Origin: Corallochytrium limacisporum Hawaii
Lineage: Eukaryota; Protista; Pluriformea
Reading direction: 5' to 3'
Length of the DNA stretch: 49,240 nucleotides
Assembly: GCA_002811645.1 (NCBI GenBank)
Contig: PDIP01000039.1
Location: 239,593 to 288,832 of the forward strand
Both the position numbers and the translations under genes were made by a program. This document shows positions 31,947-42,937 of this stretch, in pieces (within the stretch, counting starts at the first letter, position 1; every line of letters begins with the position of its first letter). The notes beneath the pieces are model-generated. The model searched no databases. It saw nothing but the letters and a program-made list of their open reading frames with translations, and was not told where the DNA came from.

Positions 31947-34442
31947 TTACTGTTCTGATGCGATCTCCTCCGGCCGGTGCACATCGTCACTGCCGCTGTC
32001 GAAGTCATTGCCATCAATCCCAGCCTCTGTGACTCCTTTCTCCGCGTGTCTGAGCAGTGTGAGTGTGCCTTCGTTACGACTGGAGTTGGTGTTACTATTC
32101 AAAGATGTGACTGCACTTTCTGCGGTAGTTGATGCGATCTTGCGTCTCGGTTTCTGTACAAAACTGAATGGTTCGGCCTCGCAGGCCAAGACAGCCCAAG
32201 AGTATTTCTCTCGTGCCGTCTTCGGCCAGACTTTGTGTGGGTCGACGCGACATTTCTTGGCCCATGTCACTGTGATGCGAGGATCAATGTAGTTCATGAC
32301 CGACGTGGATAGAGTGTAATCCTTAAGCATCAAACGCCTTTGCAGACGTTTTTTAAGACGTGACATGCGGGTCATCTCCGTGTCACGTCGCCTCTGTACC
32401 TTTCTCAGCTCAGATGTCAAGCGCTTTAGCTGTTTCTTGAACTCCTTCTCGGCCTTCGCATCTTCGTTTGTACAAGACTCTTTCAGTGCATCCAAATTCT
32501 TCGCCACACGGTTGATTTCACGCTCCCATTGCTTTCCTTTCTGTTCTAGGTCTGCAAGCTTTGCCTCTAGTTTGGCAGTTGCAGCCTCGTAGCCGTCACC
32601 GACAGTCTTGCGATGGTTGCAGAACTCTGCAACAGCCAAGTTTGCACGTTCGTAGGCCCTGCCAAAGGCCTCCTGGCGTTCCGCAAGTTTTTGTTTGTCA
32701 TCGACTTCCTCTTTCACCTTCTCCTGCAGACACGCTTCAAAGATCAGACTGGCGTTCATCGTTCGGAATGTCTTGCTGGAGAAAGCAGTCTCGTTCTTGC
32801 TTGTCTTGAGTAGTCCAGCCAGCCAATAATTTAGATTCGCACTACTCACGGTGCCGAAGAGATCTCCTTGGCCTGAGCTGTCCTCGTTGAGGGACAGTTG
32901 GCGCACATCCGCTGCCACTTGGGCAATGTACTCCGGTACAGCCACGTTGCGGTCAAACTCAACACTGTCCTTACCAAGGAACTTCAGTCGAATGGTACAT
33001 CGTTCACTTCCATTATCACGTAAGGACACTGTCATATGCTCAGCACGGAACGTCGTGACACCAACTGTGTCGGCTTCATCATCGGATTTGGTGTTGCCAG
33101 CCCGGAGGGCAAGGTGATCGATGAGATAAAGTGCCAATGCTCGCTCCGCAACCCACCTTCCTTCCGCAAGACGTGGGTCTTCGGGTTTAAGAGTGCTAAG
33201 TGGTACCCTAGCAAGCGCTTTCAATTCTTTTAAGTACGCCCGCTGAATCCTCTTACGGTGCTGGGCCAGCCAGCGTGCAGTGTTGAATTTGTCGATATCT
33301 CGGGATCCACCAATAGAGCTGGATTGTGAAAGAAAGACATACTTGTGTTCTTCGTTGATGGGATCACGCCAACGGGCCGTCCAGATCTTCCTTGGGTCAC
33401 AAAGAACATCAGCCCAGGCAGATTTCGGTTGGTCGCAAATATATTCCACAGCCGTGATTTTCTGCTGCCATCGCAGTTGGGATCGATCCTCCAGTGGGGG
33501 CAAAGGAGAGTCAGAGGACTCCTCGTGTTTCCGGATGCGCTGCAGGGCAAAGTCACGATACGCTTCCCAGTCAAACGGCACAGCATACCCAGGGCAAGGG
33601 ATGGATACAGGGCCTGTGCTCTCAAAGCCCGTGTCCGTCTCGGCAAGATCGTCGATTTTTGGTCGCACCATATATCCAATGTTCATGGTGACATCCTTGG
33701 GATGCTTTCGTGTCTTGATGGACCCCGCTTTAGGGTGTTCTCCACGGCCCATAAACAGCCCTGGAGGCTCTATGGCCACTTGTCGCAGAGGTTCCATTCG
33801 AGTGTCAATGATACTGAAGGCATGACGGTTCTTTTGGATCTTCATATGGAGCTGCTTCCACTCCCTCAGCTGCTTTCGCTCCAACCGAACTTTCTTCTTG
33901 ATTTCTTCTTCGGTCAGACACGGCTCTACTGTCCGGATTCTGGCCTCAATTTTGTCCCCAGTAATTCTTTGTGCTTGACGATTGTCCAAAATGTACTGGT
34001 AAAGTCGTGAAAAGTCGCACTTGTCAAAGTCCTGGATTGTTGCTTTCTCCGCATCAGTCATGCATTTTTGCCTCCAATCATTAAAGAAGTTGGTCCGGAA
34101 GATCTCTGTATGTGCACGAGGATTTTTCCACACCGCGCCGTACCAAAAAGCCGCTTCTTCTGCTGCTGGTGACAACGCCATCAATTCTCCGTCATAAACT
34201 AAGCTGATCTCTTTTCGTAGACTCTCAGGAAGCGGCCGATAGGGCCTCGGGAACAGAGGGCCAATATGATGCAACGAATGCCAAAATTGCTGTTCATTCT
34301 GTTCTTTCCTTAGCGATGGCAAAGAATTAAATCTACGCTTAGTGCGTAGACTGTCCCAACCACTATCTAAGGTTCTATTCCCTATGCCGTTGTGACGGAA
34401 TCGCAGCGAGAAGCATTTTGCAGAACTAAGTCGCAAGCTCAT
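31947..34442 (-). CDS. TOP1: DNA topoisomerase IB, divergent, with presequence-like N-terminus (831 aa)
   Basis: WHSLHHIGPLF, EPPGLFMGRGEHPK, LYLIDHLALRAGN, ADTVG, FLGKDS, KTFRTMNAS, CNHRK, NYIDPRIT; all five catalytic residues (R, K, R, H, Y) present. Confidence 0.95.
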   Translation of the reverse strand: MSLRLSSAKCFSLRFRHNGIGNRTLDSGWDSLRTKRRFNSLPSLRKEQNEQQFWHSLHHIGPLFPRPYRPLPESLRKEISLVYDGELMALSPAAEEAAFWYGAVWKNPRAHTEIFRTNFFNDWRQKCMTDAEKATIQDFDKCDFSRLYQYILDNRQAQRITGDKIEARIRTVEPCLTEEEIKKKVRLERKQLREWKQLHMKIQKNRHAFSIIDTRMEPLRQVAIEPPGLFMGRGEHPKAGSIKTRKHPKDVTMNIGYMVRPKIDDLAETDTGFESTGPVSIPCPGYAVPFDWEAYRDFALQRIRKHEESSDSPLPPLEDRSQLRWQQKITAVEYICDQPKSAWADVLCDPRKIWTARWRDPINEEHKYVFLSQSSSIGGSRDIDKFNTARWLAQHRKRIQRAYLKELKALARVPLSTLKPEDPRLAEGRWVAERALALYLIDHLALRAGNTKSDDEADTVGVTTFRAEHMTVSLRDNGSERCTIRLKFLGKDSVEFDRNVAVPEYIAQVAADVRQLSLNEDSSGQGDLFGTVSSANLNYWLAGLLKTSKNETAFSSKTFRTMNASLIFEACLQEKVKEEVDDKQKLAERQEAFGRAYERANLAVAEFCNHRKTVGDGYEAATAKLEAKLADLEQKGKQWEREINRVAKNLDALKESCTNEDAKAEKEFKKQLKRLTSELRKVQRRRDTEMTRMSRLKKRLQRRLMLKDYTLSTSVMNYIDPRITVTWAKKCRVDPHKVWPKTAREKYSWAVLACEAEPFSFVQKPRRKIASTTAESAVTSLNSNTNSSRNEGTLTLLRHAEKGVTEAGIDGNDFDSGSDDVHRPEEIASEQ

Positions 34443-35068
34443 CCTGGTCTAGTCATCTCTACTATCGCTACAAGGGGTTTTACAATCTATACTCACACCT
34501 ACCATCATGTGGACCGCAAATAGGAATCCCATTGAACTATACGAACAGCATACAAATCTTAGCAAACAGGTGTACAACCCCGGAGGAGCACGTTTGATTT
34601 GCAAGGCCTGAAGTACCTCCGCCTCTACCCTCGTGACGAGCAGCAAGGGTCCCCCCAGAATGAGACCCGCTGACTTCCGGTCGTTCGCGCCACTCACTCA
34701 GTTTCCCCCACTCGTCCGTGCTCCGGGGCCTAATTAGTTTCTTTGTACCAACTGATTCCTCGGGGTCGGGTCACCCGGGCTCCGCGGCCGGGGAGCCCAT
34801 AGAAAAGATGGCAGCACCGCGTAGAACGCGCCCTCCTGATACGCGCGACGTAGTGTCCGCGGCGATGCGCGTGGGCGGCACACTCGGTCAATGAGTTCAC
34901 CTGAGCCTCTTTCGTAAATCAACGCAGGTGTTCGTCTTACATGGTGTCATGAAAGAAAAGCTATTTCGTGCTGGATCCATTCTGAACCCTTCATTCAGCT
35001 GTGATTGGAGCCTGCATGACGTTGTCAGTTTGCCTTGACTAGAGGAAGCACTCACTTGATACCTCACC

Positions 35069-35788
35069 ATGACGCCGCATGAGCAGTCACCACTGCTCGT
35101 CAGCCAGAGGGAGTCACCAACAGAGCGCTACGGTACACAAACATGGGAAGAGGACTATGATGGAGCAAAATTCACTCGTCACAGCGTTAATCACATCCCA
35201 AAGGCGGACAGCGACGAAAAGGGAATTTGGATGAGTCTTTTCACCATCTGCATCTCCCTTCCAGCACTGGTGGGCAGCTGATGCTGGCCGCTGCTTGTGG
35301 CAGGTCTTCTCGGCGTGGCCGCCTCTGAAGCAGCTCGGGCTTTCGCCCATACAATTTCCTTTGGCATAACCCTCGCGATCATGACCAATCTGGCGCAGTA
35401 TTCTCTGCACAAGTGCTCCAGCTCACGGGGTCACTATAAGACCCACTGGCAACGATGGGGTCCTGCATACTTGGTATGCATGGCTGTACCGCTGGTCATG
35501 GCTGATCTCATACGGCATGTCTTGCTGGACGCCGGAATGTGGACCAAGGGCGCCGGCATGTACCGTCCAGGCTGCAGTGGATCCAACTTTAAATGCTTGA
35601 GCGTGACCGGCTGGTTGTTCACCATTGTGTTCACCTACTTGGGCTTCGCCGTGCTTATGGCTGGCATGATCTGGAGTGCCAATGTGGTCCCAAAAGTCAA
35701 AGCTGCGTGGAAACAGCTGAGAGGCCGCACGTCCGCGGGAAGTGGGCCGTCCACTTCCGGTTCGGAACGTGACGTGGAGCGTCAGTAA
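35069..35788 (+). CDS. Multi-pass membrane selenoprotein (239 aa, Sec71 at in-frame TGA 35279-35281), probably MSP-like
   Basis: ORFs 35069-35281 and 35297-35788 share a frame (offset 228 nt); read-through gives ...SLFTICISLPALVGS-U-CWPLLVAGLLGV...; ctcaccATG start, TAA stop, SECIS-like element in 3' UTR. Confidence 0.85.
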
Positions 35789-35947
35789 GGTTGACGCTAC
35801 CCGACATAATCTGGTAATTTCTTATCTGAATCCATGGATGCCAGCCGACACTGAAGCACTCTGGAGGCTTACGCCGAGCTTCTCGAATAGTGTACGTTGA
35901 TCGGAAGCTTCCTGTACAGCGCTCGTTCTCATTGGCTTTCGACAGCC

Positions 35948-36022
35948 TTTGAACATGACGGTGGGAATGAGAATCTGCATTTGCAAACGTCGCAACAGTT
36001 CATTTCAACACCCGAGATCGAG
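35948..36022 (+). promoter_or_regulatory. SECIS element (type II) in 3' UTR of the selenoprotein gene
   Basis: ATGAC (35955-35959) opposite CGAG (36013-36016) gives the GA/GA quartet; 12-bp helix GGTG-GGAATGAG / TTCATTTC-(AA)-CACC; unpaired AA at 35972-35973; apical mini-stem CTG/CAG and TTGC/GCAA. Confidence 0.8.
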
Positions 36023-36157
36023 AACGCGTTTGAAATCACAGGAACGTGGTGAAGATTCCAGACAAAGAATACTGGACCATCGAAATACATTCGTAACTTT
36101 GTTTTGAAACACTACAAAAATTAGATTTCGAGTTTCTAAGTTTGGTAACTTTAATGA

Positions 36158-37486
<1,329 letters not shown>

Positions 37487-38234
37487 TTAAATCTTCTTTT
37501 CAAACAATATTGCGCATAGCGAGAGCCTCGTATCTACCTTCCCATGGGATGAACTGCTAACTATGAAATGTGAAACCAGTTCCCGAATTGGCAACCATCC
37601 GATCAGATTCTAGTTTGTCGCACATGGTAACGAATGTTCATGCCTGGCATGAGCCGTTGTACCAAAGTCACCGTGCCAAAAAGACCAGCTCAGCACCCCT
37701 GGCGATTGCAAACGCGCTCGCGTACAGTGGCACTAGCAGTGGACCCTCACATTCTCAGATATGGGTGTCTCCTTCTGGCTCTCCATTCACTGTCCCTTCG
37801 CCGCACCCTGGGTGGGCTCCTCCTCTTCCAATCCGAAGAAAAAGCATCTCACGCGGGCAAGGTGGGGAAACATCAAAATCCAAGAAATTAGACTCCCAAC
37901 CTCAGGAACCATTGAGCTCCTTCGCCTCCTCCCTCCAGTTCGGACGGGCTGGACAAACAGCGGGAGCCCATGTTCGCAAGCCAAACAAAACTGTTTACGA
38001 GCAGCCAAAGTCATTTGGTCTCAGTGGTCAATTATGGATGCTGTGAAGGTACAGACACTAAAGGTGCTTGTAAGAGACATGGTGGTCTATGACAGGCATA
38101 GGATATTCAGAAGGCAACGAGCGACCAAAAAGTTAGCGGTGACCTTTGCATGACAGTTTCACACAGCACAACAATGTGACGAAGGTCCAGAGGGAGTTTA
38201 TGGGAAACGGCAGGTAAGCACATCACAAAGCGAT

Positions 38235-38684
38235 ATGGAATTTGAATGTGCAGCCATTATCGGACAGGCCAATGACCTGCTCTACCTGCGGGCACTCAAG
38301 AGGGATTCGGATCTACTGAACTACCACTTCATTGTACACACAGCCCTGGATGTGATCGAGGAAAAGCGCCGGGCAGCGGCGAAGGGATCGCAGAGCAATG
38401 ATTCTTATCTAGGACTGCTTTATTCAACAGTGGAGTACTCGATCTATGGGTATTCAGCGCTCACCCATATCAAATTCGTTGCAGTTGTATCAAAGAACGA
38501 TGGTATGGCGCAGGAGGACGAGGTCACGATAAAGACATTCTTCAAAAATCTGCATCAATTGTACATTCGGGTCTGTTACAATCCTTTCTACTTTCCGGGG
38601 GAAGCTATCAGATCCGAAAAGATAGATGAAGAAATGGATGAACTCATGTCACGGTACTCTCCAACGACGCCGAGGAGCGCTTGA
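38235..38684 (+). CDS. TRAPPC2L: Trafficking protein particle complex subunit 2-like (sedlin family, 149 aa)
   Basis: AIIGQANDLLYLR, YHFIVHTALDVIEEK, YLGLLY...YSIYGY...IKFVAVV, LHQLY...NPFY. Confidence 0.92.
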   Translation: MEFECAAIIGQANDLLYLRALKRDSDLLNYHFIVHTALDVIEEKRRAAAKGSQSNDSYLGLLYSTVEYSIYGYSALTHIKFVAVVSKNDGMAQEDEVTIKTFFKNLHQLYIRVCYNPFYFPGEAIRSEKIDEEMDELMSRYSPTTPRSA

Positions 38685-38849
38685 CCAAACTGAGTATTGT
38701 CAAGGGAGTACAATAGTACAGCACTATTAAAGTAAGGATTCAGTTTAAAACGAGGAAGAATTTCTGACATACCAAGCAATTTATGTAATGTACATGACGA
38801 TTCGTTACTTATGATTTGTTTGTTTTCCATAGTGATCCACACGAACACC

Positions 38850-39587
38850 TCACTGATCTCCACCTGGGGCACCGAATTGTGGTGCGGTACCGGAGCCACC
38901 GCCACGCCCTCCACGGGGAGCACCACGGCCTCTGAATCCACCACGACCCCGAGGTCCTCCTCGTCCGCCCCTATGATATGGTCCTCCACGACCACCACCG
39001 CGTCCTCCGCGCATTTTGAGTCCAGGAATGTTGGTCCGCTTTGGAGTTACCTTGATAGGACGGCCCTTGAAGATTGAACCGTTCATTTCACAAGCAATGT
39101 CGACCGAAGATTCGGAGGCGAACTCAATGTAAGCCATTCCCTTTGGTCTTCCAGTGAAGTGGTCGGTGAGCAACGTCACGCGTTTGATTGCTCCCGAACT
39201 GCTGAAGTGCGCCTGCAATTCCTCTGCGCTGCTGCTCCAGTCAACATTCGACACAAATACCGACCGCGAGTCGATCAGGGCTTTGTCTTCTGGTCCCAGC
39301 ATGCCTGCCGCAGAAGAGGCTGCGTAGGTCTTTGAACCACCCTTGCTTGTAAGCTGAGTGTCCACTTCGCTCTGCATCTGCTTAAGCTTCGCGGCCTCTT
39401 CCTCCATTTCCTTCAGTTTCTGCTTCATTGCGCTAACTGCATCGGTCCCAGAAGCCGGTGCTGTTGATGACTCTGTTGGCTTAGCATCCGAAGTCGGCAC
39501 AGAGGCGGGTTTCGTACCCTTCGATGTCCCATCTTCCTTGGCCTCAAGTGCCGCCTCCATGGCAGCGAGTTCATCTTCAGCGCTCAT
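38850..39587 (-). CDS. PABPN1: Nuclear poly(A)-binding protein (PABPN1/Pab2)
   Basis: MKQKLKEMEEEAAKLKQMQ coiled coil, DSRSVFVSNVD, ELQAHF, RVTLLTDHFTGRPKGMAYIEF, KVTPKRTNIPG, RGG tail; start set at aaccATG 39587. Confidence 0.93.
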   Translation of the reverse strand: MSAEDELAAMEAALEAKEDGTSKGTKPASVPTSDAKPTESSTAPASGTDAVSAMKQKLKEMEEEAAKLKQMQSEVDTQLTSKGGSKTYAASSAAGMLGPEDKALIDSRSVFVSNVDWSSSAEELQAHFSSSGAIKRVTLLTDHFTGRPKGMAYIEFASESSVDIACEMNGSIFKGRPIKVTPKRTNIPGLKMRGGRGGGRGGPYHRGGRGGPRGRGGFRGRGAPRGGRGGGSGTAPQFGAPGGDQ

Positions 39588-40178
39588 GGTTGCGATTGTT
39601 GTGCTGTGTGCTGTTCCATATACTAATACTGGACCCTTGCCCTTGGGGCTCGTACGTTGTTCCCGCATAAATACCTCCAAGACTTAGACAGCGGCTCCAT
39701 AAGGTCTCAGCACTCTGGAAATAAGTTTGTGCATGGTGAACTGTGAAATTGGCCCTGGACCGCAGTGTCCAAGGCATAGTACTGAGCCCATTTCGCGAAC
39801 CGCTTGCTGCAGTCGTAGTGGCGCGCAATTCAGCCCCTTTGACACCAATAGCGAAAGATCATGGACTGGCAGCGGGAACAACTGGGGACTCACCCTCTAG
39901 GTATTTAAAATAGACTCCCATTTAGCACACATGGGGGGGGCAGTCCCTGATTCGAGAAATATTTTTATATTACTCACCGGCCCAGGAAAAACCTGGTCCG
40001 TTCTATATTGTGTGATAGATCTCAGGTCGGAAAAGGCCCACTCTGATTTCCTCGGGATCCGGTGGTATCCCCAATAGACTGTGCGATCGCCAATATGCGC
40101 ACACAGCTGCAAGGTACAAATTGTATGTATGCCCAGATCTCTGAAGTGTCCGAAACAAAGAAGAATAGTAGACCAACT

Positions 40179-41372
40179 ATGACCCTCCTTACAAACATCG
40201 GGCTGAGTCTCGCCCTGGTGGCGGGCCTTATCGCCATATCATTGCAGAACAACCTGGATCATCCTCTTCTGATGGCACTTACGCCTTTCCTTGTCCGGCA
40301 AGGTATGAAGACCAATGGTCGGAAGACAGTGTTCGGTGATCTTAGCCTCGTCAATGAGCTCGATCGCATGGTGGTTGTGATGACAGGCACAGGTACTCCG
40401 GCACCTGATCCAAACCGCGCCGCTCAAGGTATATCCGTGTTCGCCAACGGAGAGTACTTGCTGTTCGACACCGGCCCTGGTATAGCAGAGAATATGGCAA
40501 CTCAAGGCATGCCACGTGGTTCACTGAGTCATGTTTTCTTCACACACTACCACAGCGACCACATCGGCGATTTCGGTGAGGTCATGACGCAATCTTGGAT
40601 GTTCGGACGATCTGAGCCACTGCAAGTCCACGGTCCAACGGGTGCAAAGAACCTGGTGGATGGCTTTCTGCTAGCTTATTCCATGGATCAGGTTTATCGC
40701 ACAGAACATCACACCTCAGAGGTCTTACCAAAGGCTGCGTGGGATGCAGTCGCTCACGAATTTGAAATTCCCAAGGCCGAAGAATCTAGTAAACCGACTG
40801 ATCCCGCCAAACTGTTCAGTGTGTACACGAAAGGTGACCTCACGGTTCAGGCTTTCCGTGTTCATCATGAGCCTGTCAAACCCGCAGTTGGCTACAAGGT
40901 TACGTACAAGGGCCGGTCAGTGGTCATCGGCGGGGATTCCGTGATGACAATCGGACTTACGGAAGCCTGCAAAGATGCTGACGTTTGCATCCTGGATGGC
41001 ATCCACCACAAGGTCGTTAAGGCTACTGCAGATGCCCTGATGCAGATGGAAGACTCTCAGCATCAAGTAGAGGTGCGTGGGAACGCCTCGTTCTCCCGGA
41101 TGTCTCATATTCTGAGTGACATTCTGGACTACCATGCCGATGCTTTAGACCTTGTTGAGCTGGCCAAGGAATCCAGGCCAAGTATTCTGGTGCCAATCCA
41201 CATGGTCCCAGCTCCGAATAATCCTTTAGTGAAGCGCATGCTGACCTCATGCTATCGTGAACCCATCCCCGACGTCGAGGGCAAGCGCAAAACAGAGATC
41301 CGATTCGGTGAGGATGGCATGGCTTTGGTCCTACCAGTCGGCAGTATGAGAATCGGGGACAGGTCCTATTAG
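40179..41372 (+). CDS. Metallo-beta-lactamase-fold hydrolase, RNase Z/AtsA-like, with N-terminal signal or anchor
   Basis: GTGTPAPDPNR, LFDTGPG, FFTHYHSDHIGD, VHGPTG, VHHEPVKPAVGYK, GGDS, DYHA, IHMVP. Confidence 0.88.
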   Translation: MTLLTNIGLSLALVAGLIAISLQNNLDHPLLMALTPFLVRQGMKTNGRKTVFGDLSLVNELDRMVVVMTGTGTPAPDPNRAAQGISVFANGEYLLFDTGPGIAENMATQGMPRGSLSHVFFTHYHSDHIGDFGEVMTQSWMFGRSEPLQVHGPTGAKNLVDGFLLAYSMDQVYRTEHHTSEVLPKAAWDAVAHEFEIPKAEESSKPTDPAKLFSVYTKGDLTVQAFRVHHEPVKPAVGYKVTYKGRSVVIGGDSVMTIGLTEACKDADVCILDGIHHKVVKATADALMQMEDSQHQVEVRGNASFSRMSHILSDILDYHADALDLVELAKESRPSILVPIHMVPAPNNPLVKRMLTSCYREPIPDVEGKRKTEIRFGEDGMALVLPVGSMRIGDRSY

Positions 41373-41899
41373 AAGCATCCTAGATATACGTCGAACATGA
41401 TGTCGACATATGCATTGACATACATCACATATACTGAAACCAAACCATGATTTTCTAGATCTATACGCATGTTACATTTCAAGATGCTTTGAGGACTGGC
41501 GAAAACTCACACCAAACTGAAGCCCTCCCCCTTTTGTATCACACCCACCCAACTTTGGTCTCGTCCCCCCCTCCCTTCCCCAAGGTGGGTCGCGTGGCTG
41601 TCGCCGCCCAGGGAGTGTGCGCGAGGTGGTGGGTTTCTGGGCAGCCACGGACACGGTCCCTGCTTCTTCGTTTTCTACCCTTTGTACCTGTCGCTGAAAA
41701 GGTAGATATTGAGCTGATCTATTGCAAGTTTGGACATACTTGTCAGATACAGAGGACCAAGAAATATAAAGAAAATTAGTAGGAAGCTGACACAGCCATG
41801 TGGAGCATAGTCGTCAGAGTTCACTCTCGCTAGAACTTAGCACACAAAGCGTTCGAAGCAAGCATACTTGTAATCAAAACAAGTTCACAATAGAATATC

Positions 41900-42814
41900 A
41901 TGGGAAAGCAGTCGACGAAGAGCAAGATCCGTGGACTGGAGCGCCTGCTCAAAAACAAAGGCAACGATCTACCCGCAGTGGTGCGCACCTCGAAAGAACG
42001 CGAACTCGAGGCCTTGCGTGACTCACTGAAGGACAAGAAAAAGGAAGATCAGGTTCGCAAGCAAGCCAAAAAGTATCGCGGTGTCCGTTTCTTTGAACGT
42101 AGGAAAGCTACTCGAAAATTGGGCAAAGCCCGTGCGGCATTGAAGAAGGCTGGGGATGAACCATCTCCGCATTTGAAGAACACTGAATTGGAAGCCTTGA
42201 AGGATCTCTGTTACATTTTGCACTACCCCTCAGAAGTGCCGTACGTCTCGCTCTACGTTGACAACACTAAGGATCCTGTGGCAGAAAAGAGACGAATTGA
42301 CCTCCGGAACGAATTATGGAGCAGGCACAAAGAGGCAGCGATTCTGCAGGTGGCGCAGCAGGCCCAAGACTTCCAGAAACGCCAGGAGAGACTGAAACAA
42401 TTCGGTCAACCACACAAGAACAACAAAACGAAGGTTGACCATGACGATGAACATGGTCTCATCGATGACGAGAAAGAACAGTCGGGCGAGGGTGGGCATG
42501 CCGGAAGCGAGGACGAGGCCGAAAAGCAACCCGATGTGCGGAATCTGAGCAAACGACAGCGCAAGGAGAAAGCTAAACAATTGACGCTCCTGCGCACTGC
42601 CCAGAACACAGCAGCACGTGTCCGCAGTGGCGGTCTTGGACGGCTGAACCGGGTCTATCAGGACAGAAAGACTGGAAGCCAGACCGATAGTCGCAAAAAT
42701 GACGGTAGTCGTGGCGACCATGACGATGGCTACGATGGTGAGGATGCCATGGAAGGCGACATTATTGAGGACCGTGTCGGCCTAGATGGTGATGATTTCT
42801 TCAAAATGAAGTAG
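41900..42814 (+). CDS. EFG1: rRNA-processing protein Efg1 (304 aa)
   Basis: KIRGLERLL, LPAVVRTSKEREL, KKYRGVRFFERRKATRKL, DLCYILHYP...YVSLY, acidic tail ending DDDFF. Confidence 0.9.
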   Translation: MGKQSTKSKIRGLERLLKNKGNDLPAVVRTSKERELEALRDSLKDKKKEDQVRKQAKKYRGVRFFERRKATRKLGKARAALKKAGDEPSPHLKNTELEALKDLCYILHYPSEVPYVSLYVDNTKDPVAEKRRIDLRNELWSRHKEAAILQVAQQAQDFQKRQERLKQFGQPHKNNKTKVDHDDEHGLIDDEKEQSGEGGHAGSEDEAEKQPDVRNLSKRQRKEKAKQLTLLRTAQNTAARVRSGGLGRLNRVYQDRKTGSQTDSRKNDGSRGDHDDGYDGEDAMEGDIIEDRVGLDGDDFFKMK

Positions 42815-42937
42815 ACGAGGAAAGAAAATGCTATCAAAACAGACTAAAAGTAAAGAAGGTTTATGTAAGCCATTTGTGGCTTAGGATAGTACGCTAGTTC
42901 TTTTCCAGGTGTCCTGAATCCGAATCGGGCCGCATCA

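Noticed and set aside
35270-35303. GT...AG segment that would splice out the in-frame TGA
   Set aside because: 34 nt is not a multiple of 3 and would frameshift the downstream TM domain; the donor GTGGGC is far from the GTAAGT consensus
10167-36022. Selenium gene cluster (pseudo-SerRS, rhodanese-DsrE, selenoprotein)
   Set aside because: The genes are spread over 25 kb among unrelated housekeeping genes in a eukaryote; nothing in the sequence links them
39588-39680. N-terminal extensions from TTG/GTG starts in the ORF track (PABPN1, MetAP2, MBL hydrolase, epimerase, PFDN1)
   Set aside because: Eukaryotic genes; downstream ATGs in good context match the expected protein starts
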